A DNA stretch of 64,000 nt. It comes from Candidatus Cryosericum sp. (GTDB lineage Bacteria; Acidobacteriota; Polarisedimenticolia; Gp22-AA2). Location: contig DASRJX010000119.1 of the NCBI GenBank assembly GCA_035649235.1, positions 5,549-69,548 on the forward strand, written 5' to 3'. The notes below the pieces were generated by a model that saw only the letters and a program-made list of their open reading frames with translations, ran no database searches and was not told the origin of the DNA. Positions 1 to 8,159 of this stretch are shown here, one piece after another (position 1 is the stretch's first letter; each line of letters starts with the position of its first letter). Both the position numbers and the translations under genes were made by a program.

Positions 1-186
1 CTGCGAACGGCGTCGGTGCACGCAGGCGTCAGCGCCGACGAGGTGCGAGCCAGGACCGGCTTCGTTCTCGAGTCCTCCGCGACCGGCACCGATCCGATGA
101 CCCCCGAACCGACGCGCGAGGAGAGGGCGGCGCTCGCGCGGTTCGATCCCGGCGGACTGCGCCACCGCCTGATCCGAGGAGGATGA
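1..186 (+). CDS. Partial CDS (3' end only): CoA-transferase family I beta-subunit-like C-terminus; the start lies upstream of the window
   Basis: Frame open from the window edge to TGA 184-186. Translation ...[14 protein letters not shown]...[17 protein letters not shown] weakly resembles the C-terminal tail of 3-oxoacid/glutaconate CoA-transferase B subunits. Short, low information. Confidence 0.3.
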   Translation: MRTASVHAGVSADEVRARTGFVLESSATGTDPMTPEPTREERAALARFDPGGLRHRLIRGG

Positions 187-206
187 CCATGAGGAGTGGA
201 GGAACG

Positions 207-1241
207 ATGCGGGCCGTGGTGCTCCCCGAGTTCGGCGGGGCCGAGCGGCTCCGGCTCGAGAACGTCGAGGCGCCGCGGCCGGAGGACCTCAAGGAGCGCG
301 AGGTCCTCATCCGCGTGCGGGCGGTCGGCGTCTGCTATCACGACCTCATCAACCGCGGCGGCCACCTGCCCCGCACCCGCCTGCCGTCGATCCTCGGGCA
401 CGAGATCGCCGGAGTGGTCGAGGCCGTCGGATCGCAGGTTCGCTGGTTCCGCGCCGGCGATCCGGTCGCGACCATCCAGCGCGTGCCGTGCGGCCGCTGC
501 GACCTCTGCCGTCGCGCGCGCGGCTCGCTCTGCAAGGAGGGAGTGTTCTTCGGAGAGGAGATCCCGGGAGGCTACGCGGAGTACGTCGTGGCGGAGGAAC
601 AGGGGCTGTCCCGCGTGCCCGAGGGGATCCCGATCGAGGAGGCGGCGATCTGCGCCTGCACCATCGGCACGGCGCTGCACGTGGCGCGGACGCGCGGCCA
701 GGTGACGGCTGGCGAGACCGTCGTGATCACCGGCGCTTCCGGCGGCGTCGGGCTGCACGCCATCCAGGTCTGCCGGTTGCTCGGTGCCCGCGTCATCGCC
801 GTCACGTCCTCCCCCTCCAAGGCGGAGCACCTGCGGGAGGCGGGAGCGGACGAGGTCGTGGCCGCTCCGGACCTCCAGTTCGCGCGCGAGGTGCGCCGCC
901 GCACCGGCGGCCGAGGTGCCGACGTCGCCCTCGAGATCACCGGCGCCCTGACGTTCGATCAGGCGCTGCGATCGCTGGGGGCGGCCGGACGGCTCATCCT
1001 GGTCGGGAACCTCGAGACGCGCCCGGTTCCGGTCAACCCCGGCCTCCTCATCCTGAAGGAGCTCGAGATCCGCGGATCCTTCGCGACCAGCGTCCCGGAG
1101 CTCCAGGAGGCGTTCCATCTGGTCCTGGAGAAGAAGGTCCGCCCCGTGGTCTCGCGGGTCATGCCGCTCGCGGAGGCGTCCGAGGCCCACAGGCTGCTCC
1201 ACGACCGCTCCGTCGTCGGCCGGATCGTTCTGAGCGTCTAA
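207..1241 (+). CDS. Zinc-binding alcohol dehydrogenase / quinone oxidoreductase (medium-chain dehydrogenase/reductase superfamily)
   Basis: ATG 207 preceded by GGAGTGGAGGA RBS. GHEIAG catalytic-Zn motif, CGRCDLC..C structural Zn site, GASGGVG Rossmann motif. Confidence 0.8.
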   Translation: MRAVVLPEFGGAERLRLENVEAPRPEDLKEREVLIRVRAVGVCYHDLINRGGHLPRTRLPSILGHEIAGVVEAVGSQVRWFRAGDPVATIQRVPCGRCDLCRRARGSLCKEGVFFGEEIPGGYAEYVVAEEQGLSRVPEGIPIEEAAICACTIGTALHVARTRGQVTAGETVVITGASGGVGLHAIQVCRLLGARVIAVTSSPSKAEHLREAGADEVVAAPDLQFAREVRRRTGGRGADVALEITGALTFDQALRSLGAAGRLILVGNLETRPVPVNPGLLILKELEIRGSFATSVPELQEAFHLVLEKKVRPVVSRVMPLAEASEAHRLLHDRSVVGRIVLSV

Positions 1242-1339
1242 GTCCTTCCACGACGGTGCTCGGGGCAGTGGTCTTGAGCCTGTCCCGTGTCGGTGGTAGC
1301 CTAAGGCCCTCGAGTCAACCCAGTACCGGAGGTGGAATC

Positions 1340-1780
1340 ATGCTGGCGGTCGGATCGAAGGCGCCCGCGTTCAGCGTCAAGGACCACAATGGTCGCGACG
1401 TCCATCTCTCGGACTTCGCCGGCCGCCGGGTGGTCCTCTGGTTCTTTCCCAAGGCGGACACTCCGGGCTGAACCATCGAGGGTTGCGGGTACCGCGACCT
1501 GTCGTCCCGTTACGAGGAGAAGAACGCCGTGATCCTGGGCGTGTCGTTCGATGCGGTCAGCGAGAACGCGGCCTTCGCGCGCAAGTTCGGGTTCCCCTAT
1601 CCCCTGCTGTGCGACACGTCGCGCTCGATCGGACTCGCCTACGGCGCCTGCGACGACCTGAAGGCCGGCTCCGCGCGGCGCATCTCGTACGTCATCGGGC
1701 CCGACGGCACCGTCGAGCACGCCTTCCCGAAAGTGGACGCGAAGACCCATCCGGCGGAGGTCCTGAAGCTCCTTCCGTGA
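1340..1780 (+). CDS. bcp: Bcp/PrxQ-type 1-Cys/atypical 2-Cys peroxiredoxin with in-frame TGA (1469-1471) at the peroxidatic-Cys position; candidate selenocysteine-containing peroxiredoxin
   Basis: ATG 1340 with GGAGGTGG RBS. ORFs 1340-1471 and 1529-1780 are in the same frame, separated only by TGA. Read-through gives ...[34 protein letters not shown]..., the Bcp motif T-P-G-C-T...C with U replacing Cp and the resolving Cys five residues on. Total length 146 aa is typical for Bcp. Confidence 0.65.
1481..1499 (+). promoter_or_regulatory. Candidate bacterial SECIS hairpin 10 nt downstream of the in-frame UGA of bcp
   Basis: GGUUGCG-GGUAC-CGCGACC: 7-bp stem (one G-U) with a 5-nt apical loop, at the spacing expected for a bacterial SECIS. 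Confidence 0.45.
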
Positions 1781-2979
1781 GCGATCTCAAGGGCGACCTG
1801 GAGTCGCTGCGCATCGAACGGGACCGGCCCGCGGGTCGCCGCAGCCGGTGGCTGCTCGCCGGCGGAGCCCTGCTGGTCCTGATCGGCGCCGGTGCCTGGC
1901 TGTTGCTCGCGCGCGGCACCTTCGCGGCCGCCGAGATCGAGACGGTGCGGCCCGCCGTCCTGAAGGCCGGCGCGGCGCCCGCCGGGACGCTCGTTTTGAC
2001 CGCGTCCGGCTACGTCGTCCCCCGGCGGAAAGCCGTGGTCTCGGCGAAAATCCAGGGGCGCTTGCAAGAATTGCGGGTCGAGGAGGGCAGCCGCGTGCGC
2101 GAGGGGGAGATCATCGCCCGGCTGGAAAGCGCCGACTACGAGGCGCAGGTGCGGCGCGCCCGGGCGGCGGTGCAGCGGGCGGAGGCCGACCTGGGTGAGA
2201 ACCGGCGTCAGCTCCGCCTGTCGACGCAGCTCTCCAAGGAGAGCGTCGTGTCGCGCGACACGGTCGAGGCGGCGGAGAGCCGCGTCCGGATGGCCGAGGC
2301 GTCGGTGGCCCAGGCCGAGGCCGACCTCGGCTTCGCCGAGGCGCAGTACCGCAACACGCTGATCCGGGCGCCGTTCGCCGGCGTGGTGCTGAAGAAGATG
2401 GCGGAGGTCGGCGAGAGCGTCGCCCCGATCCCTCCGGGAGTCAACATCTCCACCGCGTCCGGCGCCGTCGTGGCCCTCGCCGACCTGGACACGCTGGAGG
2501 TGGAGGCGGACGTCAGCGAATCGAACGTGGCGCGGCTCGGTGCCGATCAGCCGGCCGAAGTGAGCGTGGAGGCTTTCCCCGAGAAGCGCTACCGCGCCGT
2601 GCTGCGGCAGATCATCCCGACCGCCGATCGCACCCGCGCCACGGTCCAGGTCAAGGTAACGATCCTCGACAAGGACCCTGATCTGAAGCCGGAGATGAAC
2701 GCCAAGGTCAACTTCCTCGAGCGCGAGGCTCCGGCCGGCGCCGCCGCGGCGCCGGCCGCCGTGCAGATCACCGTGCCGCGCGACGCGGTCGTCGACCGGG
2801 CCGGCCGGTCCGTGGTGTTCGAAGTCCGCGATGGACGGGCCCGGGCCGTGAGCGTCGTGACGGGAGAGGCCCGCGAGGGTCAGGTGCTGGTCCGCGAGGG
2901 GCTCTCGGGATCCGAGACTCTCGTCGTCCGGCCCCCCGCGACGCTCGAGGACGGCGACGCGGTCCGCGTCAAATCCTGA
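1777..2979 (+). CDS. HlyD/MacA-like periplasmic adaptor (membrane fusion protein) of a tripartite ABC efflux system
   Basis: GTG 1777 overlaps the bcp stop (GTGA). N-terminal TM helix, coiled-coil region and beta-barrel domain typical of HlyD_D23/MacA. Followed by ABC ATPase and FtsX permeases. Confidence 0.8.
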   Translation: MSDLKGDLESLRIERDRPAGRRSRWLLAGGALLVLIGAGAWLLLARGTFAAAEIETVRPAVLKAGAAPAGTLVLTASGYVVPRRKAVVSAKIQGRLQELRVEEGSRVREGEIIARLESADYEAQVRRARAAVQRAEADLGENRRQLRLSTQLSKESVVSRDTVEAAESRVRMAEASVAQAEADLGFAEAQYRNTLIRAPFAGVVLKKMAEVGESVAPIPPGVNISTASGAVVALADLDTLEVEADVSESNVARLGADQPAEVSVEAFPEKRYRAVLRQIIPTADRTRATVQVKVTILDKDPDLKPEMNAKVNFLEREAPAGAAAAPAAVQITVPRDAVVDRAGRSVVFEVRDGRARAVSVVTGEAREGQVLVREGLSGSETLVVRPPATLEDGDAVRVKS

Positions 2980-3013
2980 GGCAGAGGTCCCGCCGGACGA
3001 GGAGGAGAGACGG

Positions 3014-3691
3014 ATGTCGATGGTCGAGGTGAACCAGGTCCGCAAGCTCTACAAGCGCGACGCGCAGCAGATCACCGTCCTGGACGGACTCGACCTCCAG
3101 GTGCCGGAGGGGGAGTTCCTGGCGCTCATGGGGCCCTCGGGCTCGGGCAAGACGACGCTCCTCAATCTCATCGCCGGCATCGACCGTCCCACATCGGGAA
3201 CAGTGCGGGTGGCGGGCACCGAACTGTCGCAGCTGTCGGAGAACGCCCTGGCGCGCTGGCGGAGCCGGAGCGTCGGCTTCATCTTCCAGTTCTACAACCT
3301 GATCCCGGTCCTGACGGCCCTGGAGAACGTGGAGCTTCCGCTCCTCCTGGAGCGGCTCGGCGGACGCGAGAGGCGGGAGCGGGCGCTCACCGCACTCAAG
3401 ATCGTCGGGCTCGCCGATCGAGCCTCGCACTACCCCCGGCAGTTGTCGGGCGGCCAGGAGCAGCGCGTGGCCATCGCGCGCGCCTTCGTCTCCGACCCCA
3501 AGGTGCTGGTGGCCGACGAGCCGACCGGCGATCTGGATGCCCGGAGCGCCGAGGAGATCCTGGCGCTCATGGAGACGCTCAATCGCGAGTTCAAGAAGAC
3601 CATCGTCATGGTGACCCATGACCCGAGGGCGGCCGCCCGGGCGCACGTGCAGCGCCACCTCGACAAGGGCGTGCTGACGGCCGACGCATGA
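3014..3691 (+). CDS. ABC transporter ATP-binding protein (MacB/LolD-type ATPase, stand-alone)
   Basis: Walker A GPSGSGKTT, signature LSGGQEQR, Walker B LVADEPTGDLD, H-loop VTHD. Confidence 0.9.
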   Translation: MSMVEVNQVRKLYKRDAQQITVLDGLDLQVPEGEFLALMGPSGSGKTTLLNLIAGIDRPTSGTVRVAGTELSQLSENALARWRSRSVGFIFQFYNLIPVLTALENVELPLLLERLGGRERRERALTALKIVGLADRASHYPRQLSGGQEQRVAIARAFVSDPKVLVADEPTGDLDARSAEEILALMETLNREFKKTIVMVTHDPRAAARAHVQRHLDKGVLTADA

Positions 3692-4869
3692 GATTCCTGC
3701 CGCTCGTCTTGAAGCACCTCCGGCGGAGCTGGGTCCGGAGCCTCAGCACCATCCTGGCGATGGCGCTCTGCATCTTCCTGTTCTGCACGCTGCAGACCTT
3801 CCTCACGGCAGTCAACCGGAGCCTCAAGAGCGCCAACGCGGCGCGCCTCGTGACGCGCCACGCCGTGAGCCTGGTGTTCAACCTGCCGCTCGCCTACCGC
3901 GACCGGATCGCCGCTGTGCCGGGCGTCAAGCAGATCGCCATGCAGAACTGGTTCGGCGGCGCGAGGCGCGCCGGCGACTTCTCCGAATTCTTCCCCAACC
4001 TGGCGGTCGAGGCGGAGCCCTTCCTGGAGATGTACCCCGAGCTGATCCTGACGCCGGAAGAGAAGCAGGCGTTCCTCGGGGACCCGCGCGGCTGCGTCCT
4101 CGGCCCGGACACCGCCGCCCGGTTCGGCTGGAAGTTGGGCGACACGTTTCAGCTCGAGAGCTTCATTCCCCCCTACCGGGTCGGCCGGCCGTTCGAGTTC
4201 GTGATCCGCGGCATCTACACGACCGACGAGGCCCACTACCCCGGCACCGACCGCACGCTGATGTTCTTCCACCACAAGTACCTGTACGAGACGACGGGGC
4301 GGCGCGTGGGGGTCGGCACCTACGTCACCGAGGTCTCCGACCCGAGCCAGGCTGGGGCGGTCAGCAAGGCCATCGACGCGCTGTTCGCCAACAGCGACAA
4401 CGAGACCCACACCGAGACCGAGCAGGCCTTCCGGGCCAGCTTCGTGTCGATGGCCGGCAATCTGGCCCTGCTCCTCAACACCATCGGCCTGGCGGTCACC
4501 TTCACGATCCTGCTCGTGACGGCCAACACCATGAGCATGGCGATCCGCGAGCGGCGGACCGAGATGGGCGTCCTCAAGACGCTCGGCTTCTCGAGCGCGC
4601 GGGTCATGGGGCTGGTCCTGACGGAGGCCGGTGCTTTGGGGGTGCTCGGAGGGCTGCTGGGGCTCCTGCTGAGCCAGGTCCTGATCGGCGCCCTGCCCCA
4701 CGTGCCGATGATCGGGCCGTTCGTGCGGGGCCTCGCGGGCTTCGGCCTGACGCCCCTCCTGGCCCTGAGCGGTCTGGGGGTGGCCCTGTTCATCGCCCTG
4801 GCCGCCGGCCTGGTGCCGGCCGTCCTGGCGTACCGCGCCCGCATCACCAACCTTCTGAGGCAGGTCTGA
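3688..4869 (+). CDS. ABC transporter permease, FtsX/MacB-like fold
   Basis: ATGA overlap with the upstream ATPase. N-terminal TM, large periplasmic domain, C-terminal 3-TM FtsX-like module. Confidence 0.8.
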   Translation: MRFLPLVLKHLRRSWVRSLSTILAMALCIFLFCTLQTFLTAVNRSLKSANAARLVTRHAVSLVFNLPLAYRDRIAAVPGVKQIAMQNWFGGARRAGDFSEFFPNLAVEAEPFLEMYPELILTPEEKQAFLGDPRGCVLGPDTAARFGWKLGDTFQLESFIPPYRVGRPFEFVIRGIYTTDEAHYPGTDRTLMFFHHKYLYETTGRRVGVGTYVTEVSDPSQAGAVSKAIDALFANSDNETHTETEQAFRASFVSMAGNLALLLNTIGLAVTFTILLVTANTMSMAIRERRTEMGVLKTLGFSSARVMGLVLTEAGALGVLGGLLGLLLSQVLIGALPHVPMIGPFVRGLAGFGLTPLLALSGLGVALFIALAAGLVPAVLAYRARITNLLRQV

Positions 4870-6038
4870 TGGCGCTTCCGATCAGTTACAACGTCCGCAG
4901 CCTGATCGTCCGCTGGAAGGTCACGCTCCTCGCCATCGGCGGCATAGCCCTGGTCGTAACCGTCCTCGTGGTCCTGACCGCGATGGCGAACGGCTTCATG
5001 CAGACCCTGGCCGCCACCGGCGACCCCGCCAACGCCATCGTGGTGCAGCGCGGCTCGGGGAGCGAATTGACCTCCTTCTTCAGCCGCGAGCATCGCAACC
5101 TGATCGAGGCCGACGGGCGCATCGCGCGCGGCGCCGACGGTCTGCCGCTGACCTCCGCCGAGATCGTGATCGTCGCCAACCTGAAGCGCAAGGCCGACGG
5201 CGAGCCGACCAACGTCACGGTGCGCGGCATCACGCCGAACGCCTTCAAGGTGCGCTCGGGGATCCGGATCGTCAACGGGCGGATGTTCACGCAGGGGCTG
5301 GGCGAGGTCATCGTCGGCGAGCAGATCGCGAGGCGGATCGCGGGCCTCGACCTCGGCCAGAAGCTCAAGATCCAGAACCGCGACTGGGAGGTGGTCGGCT
5401 GGTTTGCCGCCGCCGGAGGGGCGCTCGAGAGCGAGATCTGGGGCGACTACGAGGTCATGGGCCCCGCCTTCCGGCGCGGCGGCGGGCAGAACTCGCTGAC
5501 GGTGCGCCTGACCGATCCGTCGACTCGCGAGGCGTTCGACAAGGAGTGGCGGGAGAACCCCCAGATGCAGGTGCAGGCGGACAGCGAGCGCGAGTACTAC
5601 GCCAAGCAGTCGGGACCGGTGCGCGGCCCGCTCCTGGCGCTCGCCGGATTCGTCTCGGTGGTGATGGGGATCGGGGCAATCTTCGGGGCCATGAACACCA
5701 TGTACGCCATCGTCGCGGCGCGCACGCGCGAAGTCGGCACGCTCCGCGCCCTGGGCTTCTCGCGCCGCAGCATCCTGACCTCCTTCCTGATCGAGTCGCT
5801 TTTCCTGGCGCTCGTCGGCGGGGTGGCCGGATGCCTCCTCGCCTTCCCGATGAACGGCTACAGCACCGGCACCGGCCAGACCGCGAGCTTCAGCGAGGTC
5901 GCCTTCGCCTTCCGCATTTCCCCCGCGAGCCTGACGCTGGGGATGCTGTTCGCGCTCATGATGGGCTTCCTCGGGGGCCTGCTGCCGGCCTTCCGGGCCT
6001 CGCGCCTCCCGATCACGACGGCCCTGCGCGAGGGCTAG
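4869..6038 (+). CDS. ABC transporter permease, FtsX/MacB-like fold (second copy)
   Basis: TGATG overlap with the preceding permease. Same architecture as 3688-4869. Confidence 0.8.
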   Translation: MALPISYNVRSLIVRWKVTLLAIGGIALVVTVLVVLTAMANGFMQTLAATGDPANAIVVQRGSGSELTSFFSREHRNLIEADGRIARGADGLPLTSAEIVIVANLKRKADGEPTNVTVRGITPNAFKVRSGIRIVNGRMFTQGLGEVIVGEQIARRIAGLDLGQKLKIQNRDWEVVGWFAAAGGALESEIWGDYEVMGPAFRRGGGQNSLTVRLTDPSTREAFDKEWRENPQMQVQADSEREYYAKQSGPVRGPLLALAGFVSVVMGIGAIFGAMNTMYAIVAARTREVGTLRALGFSRRSILTSFLIESLFLALVGGVAGCLLAFPMNGYSTGTGQTASFSEVAFAFRISPASLTLGMLFALMMGFLGGLLPAFRASRLPITTALREG

Positions 6039-6094
6039 TCCGGTTTTTCCGACCGATTTCCTGCCGCGACGGAGCCCGGAGAGAAACAGGGGCT

Positions 6095-6114
6095 GGCCCG
6101 GCGGGCGCCGGGCC
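6095..6114 (-). terminator. GC-rich hairpin between convergent genes; candidate intrinsic terminator for the perR-ahpC operon
   Basis: GGCCCGGC-gggc-GCCGGGCC, 8-bp perfect stem. On the minus strand it is followed by AGCCCCUGUUUCUCUCC. Confidence 0.3.
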
Positions 6115-6150
6115 GCCTCCCCAAGTGAGACCGCTCCCGCTCCTGGACCT

Positions 6151-6714
6151 CTAGACCTTCAGCGTGGCGCTGCCGGGCTTCCAGTTGGCAGGGCAGAGCT
6201 CGCCCGTCTGGAAGGCCTGCAGGACGCGCAGCGTCTCGTCGACGCTCCGGCCGACTCCGAGGTTGTGGACGACGGAGTACTGCAGCATCCCCTTCGGGTC
6301 GACGAGGAACAGCCCGCGCAAGGCGATCCCCTTGTCCTCCAGCAGCACGCCGTACCTGCGGCTGACGTCCTTGGTCAGGTCGGAGGCCAGTGGGAACTTG
6401 AGCTCGCCGAGGCCGTTCTTCTCGCGCGGCGTCTTGATCCAGGCCCGGTGGACGAACTTCGAGTCGATGCTGACCCCGAGGACTTCGGCCCCCAGCGCGC
6501 GGAACCGGTCCGTGGCCTCCGAGAAGGCGATGATCTCGGTCGGGCAGACGAAGGTGAAATCGAGCGGGTAGAAGAACAGGACCAGCCACTTCTTGCTGTA
6601 GTCCGACAGGCGCACCGGCTGGTCGAGCGCCTCCAGGTTGCGAGTCGACTCCATGACGAAGTCGGGAGCCGGGCTCCCGACCTGGGCGGTCTTTGCGTTG
6701 CTCTCGGAAGTCAT
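6151..6714 (-). CDS. ahpC: Typical 2-Cys peroxiredoxin (AhpC/TSA family)
   Basis: ATG 6714 with [27 protein letters not shown] peroxidatic motif, C-terminal resolving Cys (GELCPANW). Confidence 0.85.
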   Translation of the reverse strand: MTSESNAKTAQVGSPAPDFVMESTRNLEALDQPVRLSDYSKKWLVLFFYPLDFTFVCPTEIIAFSEATDRFRALGAEVLGVSIDSKFVHRAWIKTPREKNGLGELKFPLASDLTKDVSRRYGVLLEDKGIALRGLFLVDPKGMLQYSVVHNLGVGRSVDETLRVLQAFQTGELCPANWKPGSATLKV

Positions 6715-7238
6715 CGATTCTCTCCTCCGTGCGTGGTCCGGGAAGTCCGGATGGGCTCCCCTGTTTCTGATGACGCGCCGCCCCCCGGGAGGCAGGCGGC
6801 GCAATACCCGACGATCTCGATGTGGTAGTCCGTCGCCCGGAAGTCGGGCCTGTCATACGTCTCCAGCGTCCTCGATCCTGCAGGCCGCTCCAGGTCGTCG
6901 ATGGCGCCGCATCCGAGGCAGCGACGATGGTCGTGGACGTCGATCCTGGCGTCGTAGCGGCGGGCCACCCCGTCCGGACCGGCGATGCGGCTTACGAGAC
7001 CGGCCGCCGTCAGGGTCTCGAGCGACGTGTAGACGGTGGCCAGCGACAGCCCCGGCACGAGGCGCCGCACGCTGCGATAGAGCGCCTCCGCCGTCGGGTG
7101 ATCGATCCGCCCGGCCAGAGCGGCGTAGATGGCCCGCCGCTGGCGCGTCGGACGCGCCCCGCGGGCCCGCAGCGCATCCTCCAGGCGGGCCCGCAGCCGT
7201 CGCGCTTCATCCGTTTCCAACTGAGGCCTGCGGATCAT
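6711..7238 (-). CDS. Fur-family metalloregulator; PerR-like on the basis of its coupling to the peroxiredoxin gene
   Basis: Winged-helix N-terminus, HxH.. and paired CxxC motifs (CLGCG..., YCAACL). Stop overlaps ahpC start (ATGA). Confidence 0.75.
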   Translation of the reverse strand: MIRRPQLETDEARRLRARLEDALRARGARPTRQRRAIYAALAGRIDHPTAEALYRSVRRLVPGLSLATVYTSLETLTAAGLVSRIAGPDGVARRYDARIDVHDHRRCLGCGAIDDLERPAGSRTLETYDRPDFRATDYHIEIVGYCAACLPGGGASSETGEPIRTSRTTHGGENR

Positions 7239-7245
7239 GCGCGGC

Positions 7246-7274
7246 AGTCTATGCGGCCCCGCCGCCCAAGTCAA
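7246..7274 (-). promoter_or_regulatory. Sigma70-like promoter of the perR-ahpC operon: -35 TTGACT, 17-nt spacer, -10 TAGACT, then 7 nt to the ATG (predicted leaderless transcript)
   Basis: Minus strand reads ...AAAAACGATTATTGACT tgggcggcggggccgca TAGACT gccgcgc ATG. Flanked upstream by an AT-rich tract (7271-7320) in a 70 % GC genome. Confidence 0.4.
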
Positions 7275-7303
7275 TAATCGTTTTTGAAATGTATGTAACG
7301 TGT

Positions 7304-8083
7304 TTACTTACGTAATTTGACTATCGATGGAATGTCCGTGTCCGTGGCCTCCAGGGGGATGCGGCAGGCGCGGGCCACGCCGTCACGATACAGCAGCCAC
7401 AGCTCCAGCGTTCTCTCGAGGAGCGCGCGCAGCCGGTCGCCCTGGCGGCCGGGCGTGACGTGCTCCAGGACCATCTTCCACGCCATCTTGCGATGCCCGG
7501 TCTCCACCATGTGATGGGCGCGCTTCAGATCGAGGAACCGCGGGTCGACGCCATAGTGCTGGACCAGGAAATGGCGGCGCAAGTCGGCCTCCACGTCGAC
7601 CGGGTCCTCGGGCTCCGGCGCCGTGACCCGCTTGCGGTCCTCACGGCTCCCTTCGATGAAGATGGTGACGAGCGCGGCCCCTTCGATCCAGGGGCGCCGG
7701 GTCGTGACCTGATCGATCCAGGCGCGGTAGGCCGCGGCCTCGGGGATCAGCTCGATGCCGCCGAACCGCGAGCGCGGGAACCCGAGCCCCTCCATCATGA
7801 CGAGGAACAGCTCGGGATGCGGGACTCCCTTGCTCAGCTTGCCCGTCTCCTCCTCGAAGAGGTTCTCCGCGAGGTCCTGACGGACCTCCGGATGCGGGCA
7901 CCGGGCGTGCACGCGGCTCAGCAGGATCGGGAAATCGCGCACGTAGACCTCGAACTCCTGCTGGAAGTGCAGCAGCAGATGGGCTCGCGTCGCCTTCCCG
8001 GAAGCGAAGTGCGGGTAGGCTCGGTGATCCTTGCGATCCATGACTTCGAGGAGCGCTTCCTGGAGCTGCGAGGCTGGCTGCAC
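7304..8083 (-). CDS. Heme-oxygenase-like fold protein (PqqC/TenA/CADD-like iron-containing redox enzyme family)
   Basis: 259 aa, all-helical, with conserved E/H/Y-rich pattern (EFEVYVRDFP..., HMVETGHRKMAW). Family call from motif resemblance only. Confidence 0.5.
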   Translation of the reverse strand: MQPASQLQEALLEVMDRKDHRAYPHFASGKATRAHLLLHFQQEFEVYVRDFPILLSRVHARCPHPEVRQDLAENLFEEETGKLSKGVPHPELFLVMMEGLGFPRSRFGGIELIPEAAAYRAWIDQVTTRRPWIEGAALVTIFIEGSREDRKRVTAPEPEDPVDVEADLRRHFLVQHYGVDPRFLDLKRAHHMVETGHRKMAWKMVLEHVTPGRQGDRLRALLERTLELWLLYRDGVARACRIPLEATDTDIPSIVKLRK

Positions 8084-8159
8084 CGAAGGGACCTCCTCCT
8101 TCTAGGATTCCAAGATGCGACCGCGGCGCCCCGGGATCAAGTCCCGGTGGCTTCCGAGG

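Noticed and set aside
1469-1471. Interpreting the in-frame TGAs (1469-1471 and 29195-29197) as pseudogene-forming nonsense mutations
   Set aside because: Both fall exactly on the catalytic Cys codon of a thiol-redox motif (one nucleotide from TGC/TGT). Frames are intact on both sides and a hairpin follows each. Recoding to Sec is more parsimonious than two independent decay events at active-site cysteines. It remains unproven without the Sec machinery.
1639-3045. Long antisense and out-of-frame ORFs typical of high-GC DNA: 1639-3045(-), 3430-4701(-), 8828-10030(+), 11629-13194(-), 11736-13934(+) upstream part, 13981-15879(+), 16364-20233(-), 18271-20121(+)
   Set aside because: Translations are dominated by R/G/P/A/D runs. 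They lie antisense to or out of frame with genes that have strong family motifs, and lack RBS or start context.
6711-7274. 187-aa version of the Fur-family ORF starting at 7274
   Set aside because: The extra N-terminal 12 codons precede the -10 element and overlap the promoter. ATG 7238 gives a canonical Fur N-terminus.
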